Shown: positions 49,492 through 59,098, counted from the stretch's first letter. The stretch is DNA of 64,000 nt from an uncultured bacterium (GCA_903928345.1 CAIYQO010000302.1:5680-69679); one strand, 5' to 3'. Program-made: numbers and translations. The notes: a model not told the origin generated them from the sequence alone.

Positions 49492-49821
49492 TCAGATCTT
49501 CTCGAACCGCTCCACGTCGAGCACAAATACAATCGCCCCGCCGACGAGGACTTTGACGGGGCTGGGGATCACGGTGCCGACGGGCTCCATGGTGGGGGGC
49601 ATCACGTTGACGTACTGCTCGCGGGTCTGGCAGCTTTCACGGATGACATCGATGGCCTGCTCGACCTGATCTTCGTCGACGCCGATGAGGAGGGTGACGT
49701 TGCCTTCGCGCAGGAAGCCGCCGGTGCTGGCCACGTTGGTGAATTGGAAGGCGCTTTCGAGCAGGCTGTCCTGCACGTGCCGCTGATCCTTTTCATGAAC
49801 CACCGCGATCACCAGTTTCAT
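49492..49821 (-). CDS. darA: PII-like c-di-AMP receptor DarA (YaaQ family).
   Basis: MKLVIAVVHEKDQRHVQDSLLESAFQFTNVASTGGFLREGNVTLLIGVDEDQVEQAIDVIRESCQTREQ closely parallels Bacillus YaaQ/DarA. Confidence 0.8.
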   Translation of the reverse strand: MKLVIAVVHEKDQRHVQDSLLESAFQFTNVASTGGFLREGNVTLLIGVDEDQVEQAIDVIRESCQTREQYVNVMPPTMEPVGTVIPSPVKVLVGGAIVFVLDVERFEKI

Positions 49822-50462
49822 CTCATGCCTCCCATCGCCATCGTCGTTTCCACCGCCCGGCGCACCGCCGTCTGCACGGCGTCCACCGTGCCCGTGCCGT
49901 CGATCACCGCCATGTGCATCTCCGCCGCCAGCGCCCGGTAGCCATCCACCACGCGCTGCAAAAAGGCGCGGCCCTCGCCTTCGAACCGATCCTGCCGCGC
50001 GCCGATGCGCGCTAGCGCGGCCTCCAGCGGCACGTCGATGAGCAGCGTCAGGTCAGGGGTCACCCCCTGCGTCGCCACCGCGTCGACGGCGCGAATCTCG
50101 TCCACCGGCAGTCCGCGCCCGAACCCCTGGTACGCCAGCGAGGAGGGCGAGAAGCGGTCGGAGACCACCGTCACGCCGTCGCGCAGTGCGGGGGCAATCA
50201 CCTCCGCCACGTGCTGGGCGCGCGCCGCCTCGATGAGCAGCAGTTCGGCGCGCGGGTCGCAGGCTACCGTGCCGTGCAAAATCGTCTCGCGGAGCCGCTC
50301 CCCCAGCGCCGTGCCGCCCGGCTCGCGCGTGAGCAGCACCCGCCGCCCCTCCGCGCGCAGCCAGTCCGCCAGCAACGCCGCCTGCGTCGATTTACCGCTG
50401 CCATCCACGCCTTCCACCACGAGAAACCACGCGGGAAGGGCGGCAAAGGAGGGCTCGATCAT
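49818..50462 (-). CDS. tmk: Thymidylate kinase.
   Basis: VVEGVDGSGKSTQ P-loop and DRF motif, 214 aa. It is the 3' part of the listed 49818..51398 ORF. Start ATG at 50462. tmk-darA order as in Bacillus. Confidence 0.85.
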   Translation of the reverse strand: MIEPSFAALPAWFLVVEGVDGSGKSTQAALLADWLRAEGRRVLLTREPGGTALGERLRETILHGTVACDPRAELLLIEAARAQHVAEVIAPALRDGVTVVSDRFSPSSLAYQGFGRGLPVDEIRAVDAVATQGVTPDLTLLIDVPLEAALARIGARQDRFEGEGRAFLQRVVDGYRALAAEMHMAVIDGTGTVDAVQTAVRRAVETTMAMGGMR

Positions 50463-50630
50463 GTACTCATTGTAGCCTTGCCGCCCGGCGGCGTCAAGGC
50501 GAACGGGAGCAAGGGGGAGGGCCGGGTGAGCCGGGCATTCACCAAGCGTGCTTGATCTTCCACCCGGCCCTCCCCCATTCTCCGACCGCAGTTGCACGAC
50601 GGGCGGAATTCCGGTTACAATGCCGCGCGT

Positions 50631-51419
50631 ATGGCATACAACACGGGGACATATCTGGATCGCATTCTGGCGGACACGGCGGCGGGACTGGCGGCGCGGG
50701 GGGATTTGCCCATGGCGCCTCCGGCGGTGATTCCGGCGGCACGCGGGTTCGCGCAGGCGCTGGCCGGGCCGGAGATCGCGCTCATCGCCGAGGTGAAGAA
50801 GGCTTCGCCGTCGCGCGGGCTGATCCGGGCGGACTTCCACCCGGCGGAAATCGCTCGCGCCTACGCCTCCGCCGGCGCCGCGGCCATCTCCGTGCTCACA
50901 GAGGAGCGGTATTTCCAGGGACGGCTGAGCTACCTGGACGACGTGCGCGCGGCGGCGCCGCTTCCGCTGCTGCGCAAGGACTTCATCATCCATCCCGCGC
51001 AGATTTTCGAAGCCGTGGGGCACGCCGACGCCGTGCTGCTCATCGTGGCGGCGCTCTGCCCCGGCGAACTGCGCGACCTGCGGGCGGTGGCCACGGCATG
51101 TGGGCTGGACACGCTCGTGGAAGTGCACGACCGCGCGGAGCTGGAGATCGCGCTGGAGATCGGCGCGCCGGTCATCGGCATCAACAACCGCGACCTGCGC
51201 ACCTTCACCATCAACCTGCAAACCACCTTCGCCTTGCGCCCGCACATCCCCGCCGGCACGCGCGTGGTGAGCGAGAGCGGCATCACCACCCACGCCCAGG
51301 TGGCCGCGCTGGCGGACGCCGGGGTGGACGGCATCCTGGTCGGCGAGGCGTTTATGCGTGCGGCGGACATCGCCGGCGCGGTGCGCACGCTGCTGCACGG
51401 GCCGTCAACGGACGGGTAA
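50631..51419 (+). CDS. trpC: Indole-3-glycerol phosphate synthase.
   Basis: LDRILADT...ALIAEVKKASPSRG...ISVLTEERYFQG...LLRKDFII...NNRDL match TrpC motifs. Confidence 0.85.
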   Translation: MAYNTGTYLDRILADTAAGLAARGDLPMAPPAVIPAARGFAQALAGPEIALIAEVKKASPSRGLIRADFHPAEIARAYASAGAAAISVLTEERYFQGRLSYLDDVRAAAPLPLLRKDFIIHPAQIFEAVGHADAVLLIVAALCPGELRDLRAVATACGLDTLVEVHDRAELEIALEIGAPVIGINNRDLRTFTINLQTTFALRPHIPAGTRVVSESGITTHAQVAALADAGVDGILVGEAFMRAADIAGAVRTLLHGPSTDG

Positions 51420-51505
51420 TCGCCCAATTTCAGGCGTGTGCGACTTTTTTTCCCTGCCGCAGAAGGAATATTGTAGGAAAAATCGACGCATCCCCCCAGA
51501 AGCCC

Positions 51506-51535
51506 TTGACGCTCCCTTGCCCGTACCCCTATAAT
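51506..51535 (+). promoter_or_regulatory. Sigma-70-like promoter (TTGACG-18-TATAAT) with ~120-nt structured leader, upstream of the SigH-like gene.
   Basis: cccTTGACGctcccttgcccgtacccCTATAATcc. The leader contains gtgat/atcac and gtgcc-ac-ggcac palindromes. Confidence 0.45.
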
Positions 51536-51660
51536 CCACTTGTGATTCGTTCGAGGGATCACACGAACAGGCTTCCCCTGGTCAGAACGAGAGACTATCC
51601 TCCCTGTGCCACGGCACGTGTGCCGCGCGAGTGCAGCAGGATAGTGTGGAGGGCGAATCG

Positions 51661-52308
51661 ATGCAGACGATGGCGCGCGACCACTTCGTCAACTTTCATG
51701 GCATGGGCGATGAAGAGGTCGTTATCTACGCAAAGGAAGGGTCTCAGCTCGCCACCGAGCACCTGTTGTGCAAGTATCGGAGCATCGTCGAGGGGAAGGC
51801 GCGCTCGTACTTTTTGGTGGGGGCGGACCATGAAGATATCGTACAGGAAGGGATGATCGGACTCTTTAAAGCGATCCGTGACTTCCGTAACGACCGTATG
51901 CTCCCCTTCCGCGCCTTTGCCGAGTTGTGTATCAGCCGGCAGATCTTCACCGCGATCAAAGCCGCCACGCGGCAGAAACATATCCCGCTCAACTCCTACG
52001 TGAGCCTGCACACTAACCTCTTCGACACCGACTCCGACCGCACCCTGCTCGACACCATCGCCGAAACCGCCACCAGCGACCCCGAAGAAGTGGTGATCAC
52101 CCAGCAATTCTCCGACGACCTGCGCCGCCGCATCAAGCGCGACCTCTCCAGCCTGGAAAGCGCCGTGCTGCGCAGCCACCTGGAAGGCAAGTCGTACCAG
52201 GAAATCGCCTGCGAACTCAACCGCCGCGTGAAATCCATCGACAACGCCCTGCAGCGCGCCAAACGCAAAATCGGCAAGTCGCTGAAGTGCATGATGGCGG
52301 TCGGGTAA
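51661..52308 (+). CDS. RNA polymerase sigma factor, SigH-like (sigma-70 family group 3).
   Basis: ARSYFLVGADHEDIVQEGMIGLFKAIRDFRNDRMLPFRAFAELCISRQIFTAIKAATRQKHIPLNSYVSL and SYQEIACELNRRVKSIDNALQRAKRK are near co-linear with B. subtilis SigH. GGAGGG RBS before the ATG at 51661. Confidence 0.8.
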   Translation: MQTMARDHFVNFHGMGDEEVVIYAKEGSQLATEHLLCKYRSIVEGKARSYFLVGADHEDIVQEGMIGLFKAIRDFRNDRMLPFRAFAELCISRQIFTAIKAATRQKHIPLNSYVSLHTNLFDTDSDRTLLDTIAETATSDPEEVVITQQFSDDLRRRIKRDLSSLESAVLRSHLEGKSYQEIACELNRRVKSIDNALQRAKRKIGKSLKCMMAVG

Positions 52309-52330
52309 GCGCTCCGCACCGTAATCGAAA

Positions 52331-52360
52331 GGCCGGGCGCCATGCGCCCGGCCTTTTTTG
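52331..52360 (+). terminator. Canonical rho-independent terminator.
   Basis: ggccgggcgc-catg-gcgcccggcc then TTTTTT. Confidence 0.7.
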
Positions 52361-52402
52361 GTGCCGTTGCCGTCCGGTGAGACGTGATGTAAAATACCGA
52401 TT

Positions 52403-52950
52403 ATGTATAACACAACGGTTGATGAATACTTCCGCATTGAAGAAGCCGTTGAAGTCAAACATGAATACGTCGAGGGTGTCGTGTATCCGATGACCGGGTT
52501 TACCGAGAACCACTGCCTCATCATCGGCAACGTGATGGTCGACCTGATGAATCGACTCGATGACACACCATGCCATGTCTATTCCAGTCACTTTCGACTG
52601 AAGATCGCGGCCGACACGATCTATACATATCCCGATGGCTCGGTTGTCTGTGAAAAACCCTTGTTGGCCGACGGACGAGATGATGTATTTCTCAATCCCA
52701 CCGTTGTCTATGATGTGCTCTCGGATTACCTGGAAGCGTTTGATCGTCGAAAGAAGCCGTCTATTACCGCAATATCTCGACCCTACAGGAATATTTGCTA
52801 ATCTCCGTAGACCACCCCCACATCGAACACTATCGCCGGCATGGCCGCGGCTGGATTTTGACGGACATCTCCGTGTTGGACGATCAGGTCGTCCTCGATT
52901 CCATCGGCTGTACCCTGTCCTTGATGGACATCTACCGCCGGGTGCGCTTC
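52403..52950 (+). pseudogene. Uma2-family (DUF820) putative endonuclease, interrupted by a 1-nt frameshift near 52765-52775.
   Basis: N-terminal part ...VYDVLSDYLEAFDRRKK stops at 52801. The C-terminal part (...YYRNISTLQEYLLISVDHPHIEHYRRHGRGWILTD...) continues in another frame to 52950. Confidence 0.6.
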
Positions 52951-52965
52951 TGAACTACACGTCCC

Positions 52966-53976
52966 CTACCCCTCACCCAGCGGCGGCATATCCGCGGTGT
53001 GAGGGTGCTCGCTGCCGGTGAGGCGTTTCAGCGCGGTGCGCATCTGCCCGGGTTCGCCGAGGAGGATCAGGGTGTCGCCCGCTTGCACGCTGTATTGCGC
53101 CAGGCCGTGCAACAACATGCGGCCGTCGCGCGTGTGCACCCCAAGCATGTGCACGCCGATGCTCTCCACGTCGTTCTCCGCCGTCAGGCACTTGCCGCAT
53201 ACGCGCGTGGCGTCGGTGACGCGCACTTCCTCCAGCACCATCTCCATCTGCTCGCCGTTAATGATGGCGTCCAGGAACTCCACCACGGTGGGCCGCAGCA
53301 CCGCCTCCGCCATGCGCCGTCCGCCGATGACGTACGGGGAGAAGACGCGGTCGGCACCGGCGCGCAGCAGCTTGGCCTCCCCGCTGGCGTGCGAGGAACG
53401 GGTGACGATGTACAGCTTCGGGTTGAGCACGCGCGCGGAGAGGGTGATGTAGACGTTCTCCTCGTCGGTGGCATACACCGCGATGAGCCCCTTGGCGCGC
53501 TTGATGCCCGCGCGCAGCAGTTGCTCGTCCTCACGCGCGTCCCCTTCGACGTAGAGGAACCCCTCGGCGTCGAGGCTGGGCAACTGCTCCGGGTTGTGCT
53601 CCACCACCACGAAGGCGCGGTGCGAACGCGACAACTGGCGCGCGATCTCCTGCCCCATGCGCCCGAAGCCGCAGATGATGTAGTGCCGGGATAGCGATGC
53701 GATGCGTTGTTCCATACGACGGGTACCCCAATAGTAGACCAGCTCCCCTTTGACCGTGGCTTCGACCAGCAGGGTGACGCCCCAGAGGACGACGAAGAGG
53801 ATGGTGACGATGAAGAAGATGTCGAACCATTGCGAGGTGACCAGCTTCGCGGGGGGGACCTTTCCCACATCGCCGCCCAGCGTGGTCACCGTCTCCACGA
53901 TCTTCAGCAGCGACTCCCGAAATGTCCAGCTCAGATACGTACAGTAGAACGCCACCCCGATGCCGGTGAGAATCAC
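52966..53976 (-). CDS. Two-TM cation-channel protein with tandem RCK/TrkA (NAD-binding plus TrkA-C) domains; atypical selectivity filter TTLGGD.
   Basis: Pore region ESLLKIVETVTTLGGDV; RCK Rossmann IICGFGRMGQEIA. The start is uncertain: the in-frame ORF continues upstream to ~54100 without an ATG. Confidence 0.6.
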   Translation of the reverse strand: MILTGIGVAFYCTYLSWTFRESLLKIVETVTTLGGDVGKVPPAKLVTSQWFDIFFIVTILFVVLWGVTLLVEATVKGELVYYWGTRRMEQRIASLSRHYIICGFGRMGQEIARQLSRSHRAFVVVEHNPEQLPSLDAEGFLYVEGDAREDEQLLRAGIKRAKGLIAVYATDEENVYITLSARVLNPKLYIVTRSSHASGEAKLLRAGADRVFSPYVIGGRRMAEAVLRPTVVEFLDAIINGEQMEMVLEEVRVTDATRVCGKCLTAENDVESIGVHMLGVHTRDGRMLLHGLAQYSVQAGDTLILLGEPGQMRTALKRLTGSEHPHTADMPPLGEG

Positions 53977-54155
53977 CAGCAGCAGGATGACGATCTTTAA
54001 CTGAAACAGCGGGGAGCGCCATTGCAGGCGAATATGATGTTCCCACTCGCGATGCTCGGAAATAGGCTCGCCTCCGGTGCGAAGTAGGATGATCGTATCA
54101 AAATACCGTTAATAACGCAATGCAGTCGGTCGGGTGCCCGGGGAACGCGCCCCGT

Positions 54156-55094
54156 TCACCCCTTCTCCTCCGGGTCGTCCTTCGCCGTAAACGTCTTGAG
54201 CAGATGCGACCATTCGATGGGGAAGAGCACCACGGTGTTGGAGGGGTTGGGGCCCAGGCCGTCGATGGTTTGCAGCGAGCGGAGCTGCATGGCACCGGGG
54301 CTTTGCAGCATGGTGGCGGCGGCGGCGGCCAGGTTGACGGCGGCGTCTTTGTCCCCTTCCGCCTTGGTGATGGTGGCGCGCTTCTCGCGCTCCGCCGACG
54401 CCTGGCGGGACATCATGCGCTTCAGATCCTCCGGCAGCTCGATGTCCAGCAGGCGGATCGACTCGATGTGCAATCCCCAGACGACGATGTGCTTTTCCAC
54501 GATCTCCCCGATGCGCAGTTGGATCTGCTCGCGTTCGGTGAGCAACTCGTCCAGCGTAAGGCCGCCCACCACGTCGCGCATGGCGCCTTGCGCGGTCTGC
54601 GAGATGGCGAACGGGTACTCCTGCACCTGGGTGATGGCCGCTTCCGGGTCGGCAATGCGAAAGAAGACGGCGCCGTCGATCTCCGCCGGCACGTTGTCAC
54701 GCGTGATGACGCGCTGCCGCGGGATATTGAGCACCAGCGTACGCGTGTCGACGAAGCGGATGTAGTCGAGCACCGGCACCACGTAGATCAATCCCGGCCC
54801 TTTCACCGCCTGAAAGCTGCCCAGCCGCAGCAGGATGCCGCGCTCCCATTGCGCCGCCACGCGGATACCCGACAGCACGAAGCGCACCAGGAAGCCGTAG
54901 ATGATGAGCAGGACGATGAGCAGCGGGGTGAAGCTGCCGACCACCAGGTAGCCGATGATCACCCCCGCGCCGGTGAGCACGAGCCAGAGCAGCCCGCGCA
55001 CCGGTGCTCCGAGGGAGATATGTTGCCAGGTCGGCACCGCGAACTGCCGCGAAGGCGCGGGGCTCGTCGTAGGGGAAAAGGGCATATCCGGCAT
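54156..55094 (-). CDS. SPFH/Band-7 (stomatin-like) membrane protein.
   Basis: N-terminal TM, then SPFH core (TRTLVLNIPRQRVITRDNVPAEIDGAVFFRIADPEAA...) and coiled-coil tail. GGAGGTG RBS. Confidence 0.75.
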   Translation of the reverse strand: MPDMPFSPTTSPAPSRQFAVPTWQHISLGAPVRGLLWLVLTGAGVIIGYLVVGSFTPLLIVLLIIYGFLVRFVLSGIRVAAQWERGILLRLGSFQAVKGPGLIYVVPVLDYIRFVDTRTLVLNIPRQRVITRDNVPAEIDGAVFFRIADPEAAITQVQEYPFAISQTAQGAMRDVVGGLTLDELLTEREQIQLRIGEIVEKHIVVWGLHIESIRLLDIELPEDLKRMMSRQASAEREKRATITKAEGDKDAAVNLAAAAATMLQSPGAMQLRSLQTIDGLGPNPSNTVVLFPIEWSHLLKTFTAKDDPEEKG

Positions 55095-55191
55095 ACGTCA
55101 CCTCCGTCGAAGGGTATACCCGCCCGCCCGCGGCGTTGTTATAGGCGTTTGTTGTCATCCCGAGCTATCGTATTAGTTGACCGGTAAGATA

Positions 55192-55220
55192 TTGACATTT
55201 GCGTGATGCTTTGTTATCTT
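55192..55220 (+). promoter_or_regulatory. Sigma-70-like promoter (TTGACA-17-TATCTT) for the first H-X9-DG gene.
   Basis: atTTGACAtttgcgtgatgctttgtTATCTTtg, about 50 nt upstream of the ATG at 55273 (RBS AAGGAGA). Confidence 0.45.
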
Positions 55221-55272
55221 TGTGTTGTTACGGTGGTCACCGTCACCACTCTGTCCCCCAAAGGAGATACGC

Positions 55273-56382
55273 ATGAAACGCTCGGGTTTTACTTTAATTG
55301 AGTTGCTAGTCGTAATTGCGATCATAGCGATCCTTGCTGCCATCCTCTTCCCCGTCTTCGCCAAGGCCCGCGAAAAGGCCCGGCAGACCGCCTGTCTGAA
55401 CAATCAGAAACAGCTCGCCCTGGCCGCGCAGATGTTCGCGCAGGATCACAATGAGTTGCTCCCCACGTCAGACACCGTCTGGGGTGACCTGAATATGGAC
55501 AAAGGCGTGCTGATCTGCCCCACCGCCGGCACCAAGATCAAGAACGGCTACGGGTATAACCAATTCCTGTCCGGGGTGGCGCTGGGTGAAGTTACCTCCC
55601 CCACCACGACCCCGATGTTCGCGGACAGCGACAGTGCCACCAACATCCTGACCAGTTGGCTCGATTGTGCCAAGCGGCATTCCGGGAAGACCATCCAGGT
55701 GTTCGTGGATGGCCATGTCGAGCCGACCGCTACCCCGCGCTCACTGGTCGTTGCGCCGCCGAGTGATCCCCTCGATGGCCTGACCAATCCCTTGTATACC
55801 AATGGCGCCACCTCCACCAACGCGCTGGGCACCTGGAGCATGCTGATTCAAGGCAACCTGGGCTACAACATCATCCAGCAGGACACCACGACGGGGAACC
55901 CCGCCCCCTGCTTCCGTGTGTCCTCGAACGGTACCTACACCGGGGCGACGTTAACCCTTTCTCCGGTACCCACCGTCAACACCAGTTGGGCCATCACCGG
56001 CGACGTCCGGTTTACGCAAGGCGGTTCGGCAACGGGCTACTTCCAGTGCTTTGACGGCGCCAATGAAATGTGCCGCATGGAACTACGTTCCAGCACGTTC
56101 GTGGGGGCGCGCAATTTTGTCCTGAACAATACCTTAAGCGTCTACGGTTCCGGTACGGCGGCGACCGATGCCACGATCGATGCCGCCGTAGATACGACAT
56201 TCCATCCGTTTAAGATCACCGTGGCGAACGGGAAAGTGCTCTACGAACTCAATAGCGACATCATCTACGAGGCGCCGGTCATGGCAGGCAGTTGGAAGCA
56301 TCTCACAAGCATCGTCCTGTGCGGCAACGGCGGCCATGGCGCGACGGTGCGCGTCGACAACGTACGCTTCGGCGCCTGGTAA
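55273..56382 (+). CDS. Prepilin-type N-terminal cleavage/methylation-domain protein of the H-X9-DG (DUF1559-like) family with C-terminal lectin/jelly-roll-like domain.
   Basis: [50 protein letters not shown]9-DG motif ...FVDGHVE. ~200-aa beta-rich C-domain. Confidence 0.8.
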   Translation: MKRSGFTLIELLVVIAIIAILAAILFPVFAKAREKARQTACLNNQKQLALAAQMFAQDHNELLPTSDTVWGDLNMDKGVLICPTAGTKIKNGYGYNQFLSGVALGEVTSPTTTPMFADSDSATNILTSWLDCAKRHSGKTIQVFVDGHVEPTATPRSLVVAPPSDPLDGLTNPLYTNGATSTNALGTWSMLIQGNLGYNIIQQDTTTGNPAPCFRVSSNGTYTGATLTLSPVPTVNTSWAITGDVRFTQGGSATGYFQCFDGANEMCRMELRSSTFVGARNFVLNNTLSVYGSGTAATDATIDAAVDTTFHPFKITVANGKVLYELNSDIIYEAPVMAGSWKHLTSIVLCGNGGHGATVRVDNVRFGAW

Positions 56383-56400
56383 GCAGTCGCTGCGACGGAA

Positions 56401-56447
56401 AGGCCACGCCCTCGGACCTGTGTCCGGGGGCGTGGCGTTTGGTACGC
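56401..56447 (+). terminator. Hairpin terminator after the first H-X9-DG gene.
   Basis: ggccacgccc-tcggacctgtgtccgg-gggcgtggc then gttt. Confidence 0.45.
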
Positions 56448-56544
56448 GCCACGGGCTACCGCAGCGCATGCGCCTAAACAAATGACCATTTAAGGAAGCG
56501 CCTGGCCCCCTAGCGAGCAAGGCCTTTTGTATTCCAGAAGAGTA

Positions 56545-56573
56545 TTGACAAATCGCCGGCGGATGCATACTAT
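56545..56573 (+). promoter_or_regulatory. Sigma-70-like promoter (TTGACA-17-TACTAT) for the second H-X9-DG gene.
   Basis: agtaTTGACAaatcgccggcggatgcaTACTATtatac. The RBS AAGGAGA is identical to the first paralog. Confidence 0.45.
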
Positions 56574-56621
56574 TATACTTGAGACGATGCAAGTCGCCCA
56601 TTTTCCTCCAAGGAGATATGT

Positions 56622-57791
56622 ATGAAACGCTCAGGCTTTACTTTGATCGAGTTGCTAGTCGTAATCGCGATAATAGCGATCCTTGCCGCCATCCTCTTTC
56701 CCGTCTTCGCCAAAGCGCGTGAGAAGGCCCGCCAGACCTCCTGCCTGAACAATCAGAAGCAGATCTGCACCGCGACGCTCATCTACGCGCAGGACAACAG
56801 TGAACTGCTCCCCCCGTCCGATGGGTACTGGGGCTACGTCAACCTGGACAAAGGCGCACTGATCTGCCCCACCGCGGGCACCAAGCGCACCTACGGGTAC
56901 GGCTACAACAGCAACATCGCCGGGATGGCGCTGGGCGAACTCAGCCCGCCGGAAACGACGTTGCTCACCGCCGACACCACCTCCGCCACCGGCATCCTCG
57001 TCGCGATGTCCGACATCGACAAGCGCCACGGGATCTCGACCATTGCCTCCTTCCTCGACGGCCACGTGGAGATCACCAGCAGCCTGCCCACCATCGCCAT
57101 CGCGAACATCGACCTGATGGCCTCTGCCGTGCTGCCGGCGACGGGCGACACTATCTCGAACAACACCCCGGTCGGCAGCCCGGTGTGGACACGCAGCCCC
57201 GCCACCGACAGCAACTGGCGCACCCCCACCACGGGCATCGCCGGGGCCTGGGGCGCGAGCGTGGTGGGTGGCTACACCTGCAGCATGGACCCCAACGACG
57301 GCAAGGCGGCGCCGTGCATCTACGTCGGGCAGTACGGCGGCGGCACGACAGTGAACCTGTACCGCTCGATGGGCACCAACACCAATCTCTCAGAGTGGAT
57401 CATCGAAGGCGATGTCTGCTTCCAGCCAGGCGGCAACCGCGGACTCTACGTCAACGTCCAGGATGCCAGCGGCAATGATATTACCTCGATCAAGCGCGAA
57501 TCCGTCACCACGGCCGGTACGCAAAAGCTCGCCTTCAACGGCACCTACCTGTATCCGTTCGGCACCTCCCAGACTGACGCCGCGCTGAACGCCATCACCA
57601 ATATCTGGCAGCACTTCAAAGTCTCCTGCTATGCGGGCAAAGCGCTGTTCGAATACAACGGCGGCCGTTGGGAATACGGCACCATCGGCGGGGTGTGGAA
57701 CAGCCCCTCCCGGGTGTGTATTCGCAGCGAAGACTGGGGCCACGGCGGCGACGTACTCGTCGACAACCTGAAGATGGGTGTGTCGAAATAA
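56622..57791 (+). CDS. Prepilin-type H-X9-DG family protein, second paralog, with homologous C-terminal lectin-like domain.
   Basis: The N-terminal 45 aa are nearly identical to the first paralog. It has ...SFLDGHVE. The C-domains align ([20 protein letters not shown]; [30 protein letters not shown]; [18 protein letters not shown]). Confidence 0.8.
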   Translation: MKRSGFTLIELLVVIAIIAILAAILFPVFAKAREKARQTSCLNNQKQICTATLIYAQDNSELLPPSDGYWGYVNLDKGALICPTAGTKRTYGYGYNSNIAGMALGELSPPETTLLTADTTSATGILVAMSDIDKRHGISTIASFLDGHVEITSSLPTIAIANIDLMASAVLPATGDTISNNTPVGSPVWTRSPATDSNWRTPTTGIAGAWGASVVGGYTCSMDPNDGKAAPCIYVGQYGGGTTVNLYRSMGTNTNLSEWIIEGDVCFQPGGNRGLYVNVQDASGNDITSIKRESVTTAGTQKLAFNGTYLYPFGTSQTDAALNAITNIWQHFKVSCYAGKALFEYNGGRWEYGTIGGVWNSPSRVCIRSEDWGHGGDVLVDNLKMGVSK

Positions 57792-57826
57792 TAGGGGTAT
57801 GGCCGAGACGACCATGCCACAACGCC

Positions 57827-57866
57827 AAACGCCCCGCGTCGCACGACGCGGGGCGTTTCTTTTACT
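57827..57866 (+). terminator. Rho-independent terminator (13-14-bp stem, T-rich tail) between convergent H-X9-DG-2 and dnaJ.
   Basis: aaacgccccgcgtcg-cac-gacgcggggcgttt then cttttact. Confidence 0.6.
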
Positions 57867-57934
57867 GGTTACAGAACCGTGGCACGGGCTTCTCGCCCGT
57901 GACGTTCATGGCCGGGACGGCCAGGCCACAAACC

Positions 57935-59098
57935 CTACCCGCCGAAGGCTTCCTTCGCCCGGTCGCGGTATTCATCCACCACGTCGCCCACGACATCCTT
58001 CACCTTCTGGAAGACGCCTTTGTGCTTGTGGTCGATATTCTCCCCGCGCGCGTCGGCCAGCTCACGCAGCAGTTCGCGCTGTTTCGGGTCCAAATCGGTA
58101 GGTACGGCGATGCCGACCACGATGTGCTGGTCGCCGCGATGCGCGCCGCGCTGGGTGGGCATCCCTTTGCCCTTGAGGTGGAAGATGTGGCCGGGTTGCG
58201 TGCCGGGCGGCACGTCGATCTCCGCCTGCCCGTCCAGCGTGGGCACGGACACCTTGCCGCCCAGGGCGGCGGTGGTGAAGGGCAGCGCGGTTTCACAGAT
58301 GAGGTCGGCGCCCTTGCGGGTAAAGACGGGGTGCGCCTTCACGTGAAAAACCACCGCCAGGTCGCCTGCGGGCCCACTGTGCGGCCCGGCGTCGCCCTTG
58401 CCGCCGAATTCCATGTACATCCCGCTGTCGACGCCTTGCGGCACGGTGATGGACAGCTCGTCCATCGTGCGCGTGCGCCCCGCGCCGTGGCACGCCGTGC
58501 ATGGATTGGTGATAATCTGCCCGGTGGCTCCGCAGCGCTCGCAGGGGGTGACGGTGGTGAACTGCATGCCGAGGAAGCCGGCATTGGCCTGCCGTTGCCC
58601 GGTGCCGCCGCACGCCACGCAGGTGGTCACACGGCCGTTTTCCGACCCCGTGCCATGGCAGGTGCCACAGGTCGCCTGATGGGGAAAACGGATGGTGCGT
58701 TCGCCGCCGAACGCGGCCTCTTCCAGCGTGATCTCCAGGTCGTAGCGCAGATCGTTGCCGCGGTTGGTGGGACGTCCGCCGCCCATGCCGCCCACGTTGA
58801 AAAAACCGCCGAGGATATCGCCGAACATGTCGTCGAAGCCCGCGCCGCGCCCGCCGCCCCCCGCGGCACCGGACAGCCCCGCGTGGCCGAAACGGTCATA
58901 CGCGGCCCGTTTTTGCGGGTCGCTGACGGCATCGTACGCTTCGCCGAGTTCTTTGAACTGCTCCTCGGCGTGGGGATCCTCGCGGTTCACGTCCGGATGG
59001 AGCTGGCGTGCCTTTTGCCGGTAGGCCTTCTTGATCTCCTCCGGCGACGCGTCGCGTTCGACACCCAGTACTTCGTAATAGTCACGCTTATTGGCCAT
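57935..59098 (-). CDS. dnaJ: Molecular chaperone DnaJ (J domain, G/F region, 4x CxxCxGxG zinc finger, C-terminal domains).
   Basis: KRDYYEVLGV...HPD; CGTCHGTG, CVACGGTG, CERCGATG, CTACHGAG. Start ATG at 59098 with GAAGG RBS. The listed ORF extends to 59206 through a partial duplication of the start. Confidence 0.9.
   Translation of the reverse strand: MANKRDYYEVLGVERDASPEEIKKAYRQKARQLHPDVNREDPHAEEQFKELGEAYDAVSDPQKRAAYDRFGHAGLSGAAGGGGRGAGFDDMFGDILGGFFNVGGMGGGRPTNRGNDLRYDLEITLEEAAFGGERTIRFPHQATCGTCHGTGSENGRVTTCVACGGTGQRQANAGFLGMQFTTVTPCERCGATGQIITNPCTACHGAGRTRTMDELSITVPQGVDSGMYMEFGGKGDAGPHSGPAGDLAVVFHVKAHPVFTRKGADLICETALPFTTAALGGKVSVPTLDGQAEIDVPPGTQPGHIFHLKGKGMPTQRGAHRGDQHIVVGIAVPTDLDPKQRELLRELADARGENIDHKHKGVFQKVKDVVGDVVDEYRDRAKEAFGG

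Noticed and set aside
50463-51398. 5' portion of the listed 526-aa minus ORF (49818..51398) upstream of tmk.
   Set aside because: Only the last 214 codons are thymidylate kinase. The upstream part lies antisense to trpC and has no domain.
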